Sequence record: PZ445440.1
Length of the DNA stretch: 64,000 bases
Reading direction: 5' to 3' (one strand)
Source of the DNA: a phage
The first letter of the stretch is position 1, and every line of letters starts with the position of its first letter. Positions 29,356-39,568 of the stretch are shown in pieces. The position numbers and the translations under genes are program-made. The notes under the pieces were generated by a model. The model saw only the letters and a program-made list of their open reading frames with translations. It ran no database searches and was not told where the DNA came from.

Positions 29356-29628
29356 TTAGTTGTTAGAATACATCGTCAAATGGCGATAAATATTTTCAAA
29401 ACCTTCATTGAATTCACTAATCAGTGTTTTCTTTTCTTCGGCAGTTAAATTTGTAATTAGTTTTCTGAACGAATTCTGATTTAGCTGCCGACCATCTTTT
29501 TTAATTCCAATCTCATTCAAGAATCCGATGAAATTTGCTCGGTCTTCAACAATATCTTCCCTCGAGAATTTAATCAAAATAGAAGCAACCGTAATAATTT
29601 CACGTACAATTTCAATATCTTTATTCAT
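29356..29628 (-). CDS. asiA: anti-sigma70 factor AsiA
   Basis: 90 aa; matches recalled T4 AsiA (REIITVASILIKFSREDIVE). Confidence 0.9.
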   Translation of the reverse strand: MNKDIEIVREIITVASILIKFSREDIVEDRANFIGFLNEIGIKKDGRQLNQNSFRKLITNLTAEEKKTLISEFNEGFENIYRHLTMYSNN

Positions 29629-29662
29629 AACGTTTTATTCATTCCATTTGGTTGATATGAGT

Positions 29663-29692
29663 ATAGTACCATTATCAGTGTTGATTGTAAAC
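29663..29692 (-). promoter_or_regulatory. T4-type early promoter upstream of asiA
   Basis: Minus strand GTTTACA-N17-TACTAT. Confidence 0.5.
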
Positions 29693-29836
29693 AGCTTTTT
29701 CTACACTTTTAACGTAATCAGTGTAGTCTTCCTGTTCATACGAGTGTAAGGCCAAGAACGTGGCTAATAGTTCATTATAGACTAAAGCCTCACGCCCACG
29801 TTCTGCCTCTACTACGTTCTGTAGATTATGGCTCAT
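29675..29836 (-). CDS. hypothetical protein (about 53 aa; start uncertain)
   Basis: Track ORF 29675..29890 trimmed to internal Met to avoid overlap with upstream gene. Confidence 0.3.
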   Translation of the reverse strand: MSHNLQNVVEAERGREALVYNELLATFLALHSYEQEDYTDYVKSVEKAVYNQH

Positions 29837-29837
29837 A

Positions 29838-30125
29838 TCATTCCTTATAACTATCAATGTAGTCCTGTATGTCAAAGAATGACATTTCATATTCTAGGAC
29901 ATTAAGAGCCCGTTCTTCAGTATAGTCAGAACCAAATACGATAGTGATTTCACCAGGCTTCATGTGATTGAAATCGACACTAAAAGGAATACGAGAACAT
30001 ACTTCGTCTGCCATATCTACAACAACACTACGATACACTTCTCGGTTAACCTGATAAAGCTCTGCAAGTTCTTCACATCGAATAACAAGTTCAGTGGCAG
30101 GATTTTCTTTGATTTTAGTAAGCAT
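29838..30125 (-). CDS. arn: acidic protein, candidate anti-restriction nuclease Arn (by position and composition)
   Basis: 95 aa, strongly acidic; located between asiA and motA as T4 arn (92 aa); sequence itself not recognised. Confidence 0.4.
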   Translation of the reverse strand: MLTKIKENPATELVIRCEELAELYQVNREVYRSVVVDMADEVCSRIPFSVDFNHMKPGEITIVFGSDYTEERALNVLEYEMSFFDIQDYIDSYKE

Positions 30126-30199
30126 AGTCTTTACCCTTATGTTTTTGTTTGCGTTTAGATTGAAGTTCTGATTTCTTCTTATCCTTATGGACAGAAGCC

Positions 30200-30427
30200 T
30201 TATTGAAATCGTGTTTTGCTACAAGATTGTTCATAATGATTTATAACCTCATTTAAACATTTATCGGTAAAAGAAAACTTTTTAGCCACAGAACATTCGA
30301 TGATGTGTTCTTTCAAATCTTTAGAGTCAGTATAACCCATCTCAGTAATAAAGCGGCGAATTAAAGCTTTATTCTTATCATTAACAGAATTAAAATAATC
30401 TGCTTTAGAATCAATTATTCTCATCAT
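30200..30427 (-). CDS. hypothetical protein (75 aa)
   Basis: ORF track. Confidence 0.45.
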   Translation of the reverse strand: MMRIIDSKADYFNSVNDKNKALIRRFITEMGYTDSKDLKEHIIECSVAKKFSFTDKCLNEVINHYEQSCSKTRFQ

Positions 30428-30692
30428 CTAATTTCCTTAATTGATATTGCAACGAGCTAATAATTTCTTCGTTCATTTTAATATACATGTCACGCAAGAA
30501 AGGTTTTAACCCATCACGAATAATTGCTAATGTATCACCTTTACATAAATTGACCAAATAAGGGTGCTCTAAAGCGTCCCAACCAGGCTGATTAGCATAC
30601 ATACCATAGTTTTCTTCCATCATATGATTAAGACGTTTGATATCTTGGATACGTGATTCAATAGCATCTTTCTGGAGTTGTTTAATATTCAT
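30411..30692 (-). CDS. hypothetical protein (93 aa)
   Basis: ORF track. Confidence 0.45.
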   Translation of the reverse strand: MNIKQLQKDAIESRIQDIKRLNHMMEENYGMYANQPGWDALEHPYLVNLCKGDTLAIIRDGLKPFLRDMYIKMNEEIISSLQYQLRKLDDENN

Positions 30693-31153
30693 TAATAAAG
30701 GTCCTCTGAATAAAGTTCTTTCTCACTTCCACCACGTTCAATACGTACCTGTCCAGCATACGTTGCAATAATCATTGCTTCTTCACGCGTCCAGTAATTA
30801 GAGTATTGGTCAATAAAACCTTGGTCGTCACCACAAACTTGTTGCGAGACTAATTGAGGACCAACTATATCAAGTACTTCAGCCATATCTTTAGAGTAAT
30901 GACGAACTCCAGGAATAACCAGAGTTCCGCCGCTCTTCAATTTAAATCTATTAGCTGCACATACTATAACACGTTGAACTTTTTGGTCATTGTTCCAATA
31001 GCACGTTTGCCAACAGATTTCAGGAACTTCATTCATTATATCATCAGCAGAATAATTATAACCGTAGGACTGGAATTTTTCTGCTAGACTTTCAGGAGTC
31101 TCACGAGACAAGGCCAAATCTAATAGCTCTAAACGTTCTTTAAATGATTTCAT
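30692..31153 (-). CDS. hypothetical protein (153 aa)
   Basis: ORF track; overlapping stop/start with neighbours. Confidence 0.5.
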   Translation of the reverse strand: MKSFKERLELLDLALSRETPESLAEKFQSYGYNYSADDIMNEVPEICWQTCYWNNDQKVQRVIVCAANRFKLKSGGTLVIPGVRHYSKDMAEVLDIVGPQLVSQQVCGDDQGFIDQYSNYWTREEAMIIATYAGQVRIERGGSEKELYSEDLY

Positions 31154-31479
31154 TTAAACCATTCCTTAATACGTTGCCAAATAGATTTTTGTGCTTGTTT
31201 ATTTACACCAATCGAACGAATAACCGGTTGTGACTGCTGATATTCTTTATAATCTTCTTTATAGATTTCGTAAGCTGCATCAACAAATGAACTGATCGCT
31301 GCCATATAGTTTTTACGAAGGCCAAATGGCGCATCATTATTTTCACGAATAACCGTATATTGGCCTGCTTTAATCTTTACAATTGTCCCTAAATAAGCCC
31401 CGTGGTACCAAATATCCCATCCTTCCTGAGTAGGTTCTGCACATTTACGAAGTTCGTTAATAATATTCAGCTTATTCAT
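31150..31479 (-). CDS. hypothetical protein (109 aa)
   Basis: ORF track. Confidence 0.5.
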   Translation of the reverse strand: MNKLNIINELRKCAEPTQEGWDIWYHGAYLGTIVKIKAGQYTVIRENNDAPFGLRKNYMAAISSFVDAAYEIYKEDYKEYQQSQPVIRSIGVNKQAQKSIWQRIKEWFK

Positions 31480-31489
31480 TATGTATTCC

Positions 31490-32122
31490 TCACAGTACGT
31501 TAGTTACAAGGGTAATGATTTCTTTGGACACATTAGGGAAGTCAATGTAAGTATATTTACCACCGATCTTAATCTTAACATCATTTTCAAGAGAAGTAAA
31601 CAGCTTTGATTCAGTTTCTGACATGTTGTATGCAAAGATTCTAAGAGCGCCATCTCGTCGAATTTCAATTTGGCGAATACCTAGAACTCGTTTTGCAAAT
31701 CGAACTTCCAAGTTACTACGGTTTTCACCAATTTCTTTAACTTCGACTTTATCTTTAATATTTTCAAAAACAAAGTTTGCCAGTTCATGCATTTCAGGAG
31801 TAACTCCACGGGCTTTTCTGGTGTTACGTTTCTGAAGAAGTTCTGGAGCATTTTCTTGGGCAAAGAGGTCTGCAGCTTTTTGGATAATATCCATTGCTTC
31901 GCCTGTTGCTACAAGTCCATCACCGGATTTTTCGACTAAACCTTTCTTAATCAATACACCAATGTTAGAGTTAACAACCGATGCATTGTATTCTGCTTCC
32001 AGAGCTTCACGGACATTGGCAGCAGTGGTGAAGTTGTTCTTAATGATATAAACCATTATTGCAGCAGTTTTTTCATTCAGAGCGTTTTCAGAAGCTTTGA
32101 TGATGTAAGTAACTTTAGACAT
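31490..32122 (-). CDS. motA: middle-transcription activator MotA
   Basis: 210 aa; N-terminal MSKVTYIIKAS and NSNIGVLIKKGLVEKSGDGL match recalled T4 MotA. Confidence 0.85.
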   Translation of the reverse strand: MSKVTYIIKASENALNEKTAAIMVYIIKNNFTTAANVREALEAEYNASVVNSNIGVLIKKGLVEKSGDGLVATGEAMDIIQKAADLFAQENAPELLQKRNTRKARGVTPEMHELANFVFENIKDKVEVKEIGENRSNLEVRFAKRVLGIRQIEIRRDGALRIFAYNMSETESKLFTSLENDVKIKIGGKYTYIDFPNVSKEIITLVTNVL

Positions 32123-32215
32123 TTTATTTCTCCAATTTGGTTGTTTTGTTTTGATAGGTCTATAATATCATGTTTGAAGCACATGTAAACTGTTTTGTGA
32201 GAAAAATGCACAAAG

Positions 32216-32231
32216 GGGAGCCGAAGCTCCC
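32216..32231 (-). terminator. stem-loop GGGAGC-UUCG-GCUCCC between 52 and motA
   Basis: Hairpin with UUCG loop on minus strand. Confidence 0.35.
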
Positions 32232-32307
32232 TAATCATGTTTATCCAACCAGTACAGCCAAATCACTAGTGCAGCTATTGCACCGAGAAATCCTAAGGCT
32301 AGGGCAC

Positions 32308-33633
32308 TCAAAGTGCCTCCAAGTCTTTAGTGTACTCTGTCACAACATCAGTAGACTTCCAATACTCATTTTCTTCTTTCTTAGCTTTAGCTTCTTCTGC
32401 TAGTTTACGTGCTTCATCGGAAGTGATATGGAAGATGTTAAGTCCTACCAGTTTATCGACATGTTCTTTATACATTTCGATTTGTGCTAGCTCTTCAGTC
32501 AAAGCTTTACGGGTCTTGCCCTGAATCACAATTTCGCCACTGATAACTTTTTTGATGAAGTGTGCCTTAGCAAAAGCAAGTTTAAATGCTTTTTCAGATT
32601 CAAGGATTTTGTTGTCAATACGTTTCTGAACGTAAGTCTTACGGACTTCAACAAAATCTTTGATTAAGTCCACTACGTTATCGTAGACAGCTAATTTACC
32701 CTTTTCATTAATCACTGTGATGTTTTGTGAACGACGTTCGATGAGACTAAAATCTTTCATGATTTTTTCATGACGTAGCTCTTCATCATCAGGAAGCGAG
32801 TACTCTTTACGGAACTTCACCTTAAACCCAAAGCCGTGTTCACCACAATCATCTTCCCATGAGATTAGACCTTTGTCTTCCAACGGGTCAAGAACCTTAC
32901 TCACATACGTTTCACGGTCGAATTTATATGGGATTTCAGTTATCTGCATTTGAGTACGAGATGTGAACTTATATGTTCCGTGAATCTCATAACGCCCATC
33001 AACTTCATGCACTTCACCACGGAATTCCGGGAATTCAACTTTTGGCTTAGTGACATTTTTACCTTGAAGAGCTTGTAATACAGCCTTTTTAACTGATTTA
33101 AAACTATGAGGCAGAATATTTGTTGCGTAACCGGTTGCAATACCAGAGACGCCATTCAAAAGAACTGTCGGAATAATAGGAAGATAGAATTTTGGTGGAA
33201 CGTGTTCTTTATCTTCATGTGCTGGAGCATATTCAGTATCTTTATAGACATTATAGAAATTTTTACTTACACGAGCAAAAATATAACGAGATGCTGCAGC
33301 TTTTTGGACTGTTCTAGAACCAAAGTTGCCCTGGCCGTCTAACAGTGGATAGTTGTTATTCCACGTATTAGCCATCAATGCACCTGCATCTTGCGCAGAA
33401 GATTCGCCATGATGATAACCTAAATCTGCAACACCTCCTGCAATTGATGCAAGTTTATGAAATTTTTCTTTATTACCACGAGCCAAATCTAACGCACGAT
33501 GAACAACAAAACGTTGAACCGGCTTAAATCCATCAATCATGTTTGGGATTGCACGGTTTTCAACGGTGTACATCGCATATGCTAAGGCTTCGTTATCAAT
33601 AATACTTTTTAGATTACGAGAATTCAATTGCAT
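32308..33633 (-). CDS. 52: topoisomerase II medium subunit gp52 (GyrA-like)
   Basis: 441 aa; GyrA/ParC N-terminal motifs (AYAMYTVENRAIP, catalytic Tyr region). Confidence 0.9.
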   Translation of the reverse strand: MQLNSRNLKSIIDNEALAYAMYTVENRAIPNMIDGFKPVQRFVVHRALDLARGNKEKFHKLASIAGGVADLGYHHGESSAQDAGALMANTWNNNYPLLDGQGNFGSRTVQKAAASRYIFARVSKNFYNVYKDTEYAPAHEDKEHVPPKFYLPIIPTVLLNGVSGIATGYATNILPHSFKSVKKAVLQALQGKNVTKPKVEFPEFRGEVHEVDGRYEIHGTYKFTSRTQMQITEIPYKFDRETYVSKVLDPLEDKGLISWEDDCGEHGFGFKVKFRKEYSLPDDEELRHEKIMKDFSLIERRSQNITVINEKGKLAVYDNVVDLIKDFVEVRKTYVQKRIDNKILESEKAFKLAFAKAHFIKKVISGEIVIQGKTRKALTEELAQIEMYKEHVDKLVGLNIFHITSDEARKLAEEAKAKKEENEYWKSTDVVTEYTKDLEAL

Positions 33634-33637
33634 ATTT

Positions 33638-33778
33638 TCACCATATTAATGAACGAATAACCATTATAACATCTGAAATGAAAAGCACTACTTGGATTAG
33701 TCCAAACATCACACCATAATACAGAACCGTAAGCAACAACAAGAGCCCGAAGGCTCCTGCTAAGATTTTCTTAATCAT
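33638..33778 (-). CDS. small hydrophobic protein (about 46 aa), not in track
   Basis: Hand translation MIKKILAGAFGLLLLLTVLYYGV...; occupies the ac/stp position between 52 and ndd. Confidence 0.3.
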   Translation of the reverse strand: MIKKILAGAFGLLLLLTVLYYGVMFGLIQVVLFISDVIMVIRSLIW

Positions 33779-33924
33779 TACTCGCCTTTTAACACGTTAA
33801 GAAGAGCTAAGACCGCTAAGGTGCCTTGTGATACGGCCTGTTGAAATACTGTTGTTTCGCCTGTAACTAAAGTATTAACGAATAAAAACGACCAACACAA
33901 CAATGCAATAATCCATGTTACCAT
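33778..33924 (-). CDS. small hydrophobic protein (about 48 aa), not in track
   Basis: Hand translation MVTWIIALLCWSFLFVNTLVTG...; membrane-like; position of T4 ac. Confidence 0.3.
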   Translation of the reverse strand: MVTWIIALLCWSFLFVNTLVTGETTVFQQAVSQGTLAVLALLNVLKGE

Positions 33925-33975
33925 TTTATTACCTCAAAAATAAATTAAAGGGCCAACTTAATATGCCTGTATAAA

Positions 33976-34422
33976 TTAGTAACTCTGCAGAATGAATTTG
34001 AAATTATCTGCCAGAAGACGGTTCATTTCAGTGAGTGTTTGATATTCTGATGTATGATTGCGAGTGAATGCCAGAGCCAATTGTCCTTTACCATAACCAG
34101 TAGTCAGTGGTTTCATGTTCTTAGCTGCAACAAAAATTACATCATATTCAATATTGTTAGTGCCCATGGTGCGGGCTAGTTGCGAACGGCCTTGACGAAT
34201 GTGAGAAAGAATTGCATCCAACCCTTGTTTAGAACGTTGACGTCCTACAAAAAATCGTGCTGCTACTTGTCGCCAATCAGATGAACCTTTAACAAAGAAG
34301 TAAAAACCTTCACGAGAACGAAACTCTTTAGAAACTTCGGAACCGTATTCGCCATTACGAACTACTGCAACAACTTCACCGCCAACTGCCAGAAGGTCTT
34401 TACGAGTTAAATATTTGGACAT
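33976..34422 (-). CDS. ndd: nucleoid disruption protein Ndd
   Basis: 148 aa; clear match to recalled T4 Ndd ([70 protein letters not shown]). Confidence 0.85.
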   Translation of the reverse strand: MSKYLTRKDLLAVGGEVVAVVRNGEYGSEVSKEFRSREGFYFFVKGSSDWRQVAARFFVGRQRSKQGLDAILSHIRQGRSQLARTMGTNNIEYDVIFVAAKNMKPLTTGYGKGQLALAFTRNHTSEYQTLTEMNRLLADNFKFILQSY

Positions 34423-34466
34423 GCTAATTTCCTCAATTGATTAATGTTTTTGTAATCCATGAGAGC

Positions 34467-34496
34467 ATTATACCCTGCTCTCAAGAGTTTGTACAA
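34467..34496 (-). promoter_or_regulatory. T4-type early promoter upstream of ndd
   Basis: Minus strand TTGTACA-N17-TATAAT; -10 in loop of inverted repeat GAGAGC/GCTCTC; about 40-nt near-duplicate of promoter at 6223. Confidence 0.5.
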
Positions 34497-34498
34497 TT

Positions 34499-34699
34499 TT
34501 ATTCGGCCATATCAGAACGTTCAAAAAGCTCTTCAACAGTTAAACATTCGGTGTCATCTTCAATAAAGAATCGAGTCCAACACGTTGGGGCAATACAGTT
34601 ATGAGTTTGTCCGGCGATAGAAGCTACACGAATAAGCTGCTGACCATTATTCAGAACAAATTTTTCACCAATTTCAACGTCTTTAAAAAGCTTAGCCAT
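34499..34699 (-). CDS. hypothetical protein (66 aa)
   Basis: ORF track. Confidence 0.45.
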   Translation of the reverse strand: MAKLFKDVEIGEKFVLNNGQQLIRVASIAGQTHNCIAPTCWTRFFIEDDTECLTVEELFERSDMAE

Positions 34700-34949
34700 T
34701 TTGTGTTCCTCATGTTTCAGTAGGACTACTATACCATAATCCTACCGTGATGTAAACAATTAAATTACATTAAAATATGTTAAAGCCAACCATGTTCCAG
34801 TGAACGAACATGCAATGTAAAAACCCGTATCGCAAATTGTTCTTAGTACAATAAGAAGTGCATTTTTCATAAGTACCTCAATACAATTGAAAATATTATA
34901 CAAATCATAGGGATACTAAGCAACCATATTCCGATCCACATTTTAGAGC

Positions 34950-35213
34950 TCATATCTCAACTTCCGCAAGTTCCATATATCCTTTGTTGATAACCTCTTT
35001 AAGGTCTTTAGAAAGAATAACACTAAAATGGTCGTTCATATGTCCATTAACTAAACGAGTTATTTCGGCTTCAGATGACATATAAGGCACGTCTGAGTCC
35101 CAATGAGATAGACCCAAATGGGTATAAATCATCCCTTCGTCATCTGTGGTGTTGTACATTGAAACAAACTCACCGGTCACTTTATGTTTTGCGTAGAAAA
35201 ATTTAAATTTCAT
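34950..35213 (-). CDS. hypothetical protein (87 aa)
   Basis: ORF track. Confidence 0.45.
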   Translation of the reverse strand: MKFKFFYAKHKVTGEFVSMYNTTDDEGMIYTHLGLSHWDSDVPYMSSEAEITRLVNGHMNDHFSVILSKDLKEVINKGYMELAEVEI

Positions 35214-35281
35214 GATGTTATCCTCTTTTAGATAGGACTACTATATCATAGTCCTACTTAGTTGTAAACACTTTTATGAAA

Positions 35282-35839
35282 TTAAAGATGAAGATACCAC
35301 CCGTTGTAGTTGCTCTTGCGGACGATTTTCTTTAGGTCTTCATGGTCTCCCACGAACTTTATAGAATAAGAGAAGACGTCAGGTGAGGTTTCTTTGACAT
35401 CTAATATAATAATGCAATCTGCGACTCGATGATTCAAGAAGGGCCCTATATTGATTCCATTACCACCTGGGTAATCACCACTGTATCCTGTGGTAACCGA
35501 AATCCATTTAGAATCTATCTGGTGCGTCTTGACTTCTACACGAATTCCACAATACTTGGGATGGGCTAACACGTCCCATGCATACGTGTACGGGTCTTCT
35601 ACATCTTCAATACCTTTATTAACATATCCGTCTAGCCAATTTGCTACTACATACTCTGCAAAGACCGCAACCTTACAACGTCGAACAACGCCTTCTTTTA
35701 TTTGTCCTGGATCTTGTTTCAACGAGTACCGAGCAGTATCAGCGATCTTAACCTTCATTTCGCTAGTCAAAAACTCATTCGACAGGATAAATGTCGGAAG
35801 ACTCTTCAGCCTCAACAACCCCAAGTTCGTCTTTACCAT
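35282..35839 (-). CDS. denB: endonuclease IV (by synteny and size)
   Basis: Track ORF trimmed to Met22 gives 185 aa, the length of T4 DenB; lies between ndd and rIIB. Confidence 0.5.
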   Translation of the reverse strand: MVKTNLGLLRLKSLPTFILSNEFLTSEMKVKIADTARYSLKQDPGQIKEGVVRRCKVAVFAEYVVANWLDGYVNKGIEDVEDPYTYAWDVLAHPKYCGIRVEVKTHQIDSKWISVTTGYSGDYPGGNGINIGPFLNHRVADCIIILDVKETSPDVFSYSIKFVGDHEDLKKIVRKSNYNGWYLHL

Positions 35840-36062
35840 AGATACCTCTGATGTGTAGTTCGCCAAAATAAATGCGGTCTCCTTCTTCAAGATATTCTGC
35901 ATCTACCGGTGGGATTTCAATAACAACTTCGTCGCATTCTAACCAGCCGTAGTGTGCATCGCCAGGATGTTTTACCAATTTAGCACAATAAACTGATTTA
36001 CACTTATGGTGACCACGAAGATTAGCAATTTTGGATTCTGATACGTCAAATGGATGAATCAT
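35775..36062 (-). CDS. hypothetical protein (95 aa)
   Basis: Track ORF trimmed to Met14 which follows AGGGG RBS and the rIIB terminator. Confidence 0.45.
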   Translation of the reverse strand: MIHPFDVSESKIANLRGHHKCKSVYCAKLVKHPGDAHYGWLECDEVVIEIPPVDAEYLEEGDRIYFGELHIRGIYGKDELGVVEAEESSDIYPVE

Positions 36063-36083
36063 AATTACCCCTAAAGAAAAAAA

Positions 36084-36099
36084 GGGGACCGAAGTCCCC
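36084..36099 (-). terminator. stem-loop GGGGAC-UUCG-GUCCCC + U7 after rIIB
   Basis: Perfect hairpin followed by UUUUUUUCUUU on minus strand. Confidence 0.6.
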
Positions 36100-36104
36100 A
36101 ATTA

Positions 36105-37040
36105 TTATTCTGCAAATAATTCAGTAACGTCTGAAATTACTTCATAACGACAAGTACGCATCTTAGCATCACCATAGTCAACCGGGATGGATACAACATC
36201 ACGTGGATGAACTTTAACTTTCACAACTTTATCTGAGCTTGAACCAAAGTGGCGAATATAAGATTTAGCACAAACGTGGAGACCGCGAGAACAGGTTTGA
36301 GTATCATCGTCGTTAACTCGAGTACGAGGCATTGAAACAACTTTACCTGGGGAGTTATCAAATGTACCACTATAGCAGTCTAAATAGTCCTTACGAACTA
36401 CTTTCCATGCATAGAAATGTCCGTCTTCAGTGATTTCAATATCATTTGCAACCAAGAAGTCGAATAAACGTTGTACAGCTTTTTCGCTCGGGTTTTCTAA
36501 CAGGTTTTCAAGGAACGGCAGATAGAATTTAAAGTCTTCACCTTTTTCCATGGAATCAATAATACGGTTAACCAGTCCTGAACGAATCTCTATACCTTGA
36601 TAAAATAAACTACCACCTTCAATAGTAACATTACCATCAACAAACTTAGTAATAGCTTTCTTGACGTTAATAAGTTCGACAGCTTTACTAAGGTTTCCTG
36701 CGACCAGATTAGCTTTAATTTCTTCAAAATTTGCATGACTTGATGGGGTCGCATTGTATGCTACGCGTCCTTCAATAATTGAAATAAATTTAGATGACGC
36801 GTTCCATACGATTTCAGGACGGTGTCCGCCGATAATAGGTTCATCATTTTCTGGGATCTGTTCTTCGTCTTCAAATTCAGCTGCTTTCTCTTCAGCTTTA
36901 AAATTCTTAACAATCTTACGAAGAGTATCTGTTGAAATGTCGAAGTAATCGGCAATTTCTTTACGAGTCCATTTGCCTGATTCAACCAGGCCGTAAGCTT
37001 CTAACTGTTCTTCTTGGGACAAGCATTTAATATTGTACAT
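36105..37040 (-). CDS. rIIB: rIIB protein
   Basis: 311 aa (T4 312 aa); adjacent to rIIA. Confidence 0.85.
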   Translation of the reverse strand: MYNIKCLSQEEQLEAYGLVESGKWTRKEIADYFDISTDTLRKIVKNFKAEEKAAEFEDEEQIPENDEPIIGGHRPEIVWNASSKFISIIEGRVAYNATPSSHANFEEIKANLVAGNLSKAVELINVKKAITKFVDGNVTIEGGSLFYQGIEIRSGLVNRIIDSMEKGEDFKFYLPFLENLLENPSEKAVQRLFDFLVANDIEITEDGHFYAWKVVRKDYLDCYSGTFDNSPGKVVSMPRTRVNDDDTQTCSRGLHVCAKSYIRHFGSSSDKVVKVKVHPRDVVSIPVDYGDAKMRTCRYEVISDVTELFAE

Positions 37041-37049
37041 AATGTTTCC

Positions 37050-39263
37050 TTATTTGGCCGCTTCCACGGCCTTCATGAATTTAACGATTTGAGCGACCTG
37101 TTCTTTGGAAAGAGTACCACGTCGTCCCATGTATTCTGACACAATATGATAATTGGTTTCGAATTCAATAACCATTTTATCATCATTATCGTAAGCATTA
37201 TCTTTAAGCTTATCGAAAATTTTAGCACACAATTCTAACTTCTTATTCAGGTCTGTATTAGTAGCACCTGCGAATCGATTCCATCCCCAACGATTATTTA
37301 CTGTTGAGAGTTTTGCAAAGTCTTTACTGATTTCTTTGTTCTTAGAGCTAAAATACTTACTAAGGAAATTAAGCTCTTCATTACGAGTAATATGATTCAA
37401 ATAAGGCTGTGCTCTACGACTTGGTGATACATACTCATCATAATCTACTTTATCGATTAGCATAATATAGTCATTAATTGATTTTTCGAACAAGCATTCT
37501 ACTTCACCAAGTTTACGAACTTTCTTAGCAATCTGTGGACGAACTACATTGAACTCTTTAATACCTGACAAATCAGCAATACGGGTCAAGAAATTAGAGT
37601 CATAGTTCAACCAACCTTTATCTGCGTCAAGACATTCAGCATTAGAACGATTACGAACTATAGCATAACCTTGGATTTCATCAGCTTCACTCGCTGGAAT
37701 AAAGAGATCTTCTGATACCCAAACATCGTTTTCATTCTTAAAGAACCGATGAGCACTTGGCGATTTAGGACGAGGCTCATTAGTCCGTTTCCTGACTTCA
37801 ATCCATGGCTTAACGATTTGTAAAAGCTCTGAAGTCTTGTACATGTTAATGTTGTCGCCATCAAAGATAACTTTAAGGCGTTCCAGAAGTTTCATTGCAT
37901 CTTCGTCTGTAGGGTCAACGAATAGTACGCTTTTACCAAAACCGCGTGGAACTTTACCAGTTAATTTAACCTCGTCTTTAGACATTTCAATTGAATTAAG
38001 AGCTCGCATTAATGGAACGCGTCCCTTAACGTCGTCAATAACAATTTCAACGTTTTTAATGTTAATGCCAATCAGACTGTTAATTGAAATGGTTGCCGTT
38101 GAGCTACCGCTTTCACGAATACGACGAAGACGAGGGGATTCAACGATATCGTATACGACGCCAAGATTACACCATTCAGGTCCCATTTTAAAACGTTTGT
38201 ACAACTCAGAATAAGTTAGTTGTTCTTTAGAGTATTTCAGTGATTCAATATTAGACCCGGCCTTTTCCATGTATTTACGAGCGGTATAGCCAAGAGAATC
38301 AATTTCACGGAACACATGACGTGGGTATTTACAATCAATCCATTTCTTAGAATCTTCAGCGAACAATTTAGCATCGATTTCTGCAACGCGTTTATGGATA
38401 TTTGCTACTGTACGTTTATCAAATGACAATGCTTCACGAGACGGGGCTACATCTAGTTCACCCATAGGGAATTTAATATAAGCTGTAGTGCACCGCGTCA
38501 TCATCCATGTTTGTTCTTTAATAACACTTCCGATTGGATATACAATACCACCATAAACAGCCATGATATTACCACGTTCACCCCATGGAGCTTCCTTGGC
38601 CAAATATACATCGTCAAATTCTGGGAAGTATTTAATATCTTTAACACCGCGAACTTCTGCAATATCACCTAGAGGACGCATAACATATGCAATTTCGGAT
38701 GCGAACTTTTCAAAATCTTCCGGGTTAACCGGTACAACTACTTCTACACCCGTACGGTCATTAGGGCCCATCTTATCTACAAAGGTCGGCTTAATTTGTG
38801 GACCTGTGTCATCTTGGTAGATTACGTAACCACGAACTTCGCCATTGTGATAAGACGTAAGGTTAAACGTATCAGTATATGCTAGTGGAGCTTTAGAACC
38901 GAGTCCGAATCCACCAATGAAATCGTTACTCGATGTTTTAGTTGAAGCAAAATATGAGTTATAAATTCCTGGTTCTTCATCATTACCACGAATAGTGAAA
39001 TCACTCATACCAGGACCAAAGTCTCGAACTACAAAACGTGGGTCTAAACGACCTGGAGCCTGAACAATAAATTTATCAGTGCAACCATTAAGAATTTGTC
39101 CATCTATACAGTTTGTGATTAATTCACGTACACAAGCCAATTCTTTGTTTGTATAAAGGTCATTAGACAAAATCTTATAAACTTTACTATTGCCTTGAAT
39201 AGTGAATGCTGTGCTCTTACCGCCTGAACCAATAATCGTTTCTTTAGCCGTTTCAATAATCAT
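37050..39263 (-). CDS. rIIA: rIIA protein (GHKL-type ATPase fold N-terminus)
   Basis: 737 aa (T4 725 aa); N-terminal ATPase-like motifs; synteny with rIIB. Confidence 0.85.
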   Translation of the reverse strand: MIIETAKETIIGSGGKSTAFTIQGNSKVYKILSNDLYTNKELACVRELITNCIDGQILNGCTDKFIVQAPGRLDPRFVVRDFGPGMSDFTIRGNDEEPGIYNSYFASTKTSSNDFIGGFGLGSKAPLAYTDTFNLTSYHNGEVRGYVIYQDDTGPQIKPTFVDKMGPNDRTGVEVVVPVNPEDFEKFASEIAYVMRPLGDIAEVRGVKDIKYFPEFDDVYLAKEAPWGERGNIMAVYGGIVYPIGSVIKEQTWMMTRCTTAYIKFPMGELDVAPSREALSFDKRTVANIHKRVAEIDAKLFAEDSKKWIDCKYPRHVFREIDSLGYTARKYMEKAGSNIESLKYSKEQLTYSELYKRFKMGPEWCNLGVVYDIVESPRLRRIRESGSSTATISINSLIGINIKNVEIVIDDVKGRVPLMRALNSIEMSKDEVKLTGKVPRGFGKSVLFVDPTDEDAMKLLERLKVIFDGDNINMYKTSELLQIVKPWIEVRKRTNEPRPKSPSAHRFFKNENDVWVSEDLFIPASEADEIQGYAIVRNRSNAECLDADKGWLNYDSNFLTRIADLSGIKEFNVVRPQIAKKVRKLGEVECLFEKSINDYIMLIDKVDYDEYVSPSRRAQPYLNHITRNEELNFLSKYFSSKNKEISKDFAKLSTVNNRWGWNRFAGATNTDLNKKLELCAKIFDKLKDNAYDNDDKMVIEFETNYHIVSEYMGRRGTLSKEQVAQIVKFMKAVEAAK

Positions 39264-39275
39264 ATTTTTCTCTCA

Positions 39276-39476
39276 TCACAAGTTACGTTTAAAAATTTCT
39301 GCTACTTCAAGAAGTTCTTCTTTAGTAGCTGTATCGGTTTGTATTTTATATCGAATTTCTTTAAAGCGTTCTTTAAAGGACTCGGCTGATTCGATATCAA
39401 AAAATCTTTGGATAAGCCGGAATTCCCGGAGCACTGCTTTATCAAAAAGTTCCAAGTCCACGTTATATGTTCTCAT
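39276..39476 (-). CDS. hypothetical protein (66 aa), rIIA.1-position
   Basis: ORF track. Confidence 0.45.
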   Translation of the reverse strand: MRTYNVDLELFDKAVLREFRLIQRFFDIESAESFKERFKEIRYKIQTDTATKEELLEVAEIFKRNL

Positions 39477-39568
39477 AATATTCTCTTCAGTAGATTCCTA
39501 GGGCACTATTACTAAAGACCATATAATCTATCATCTTATGTGTAATAGTGCCTCAGGCTATTCAGGAT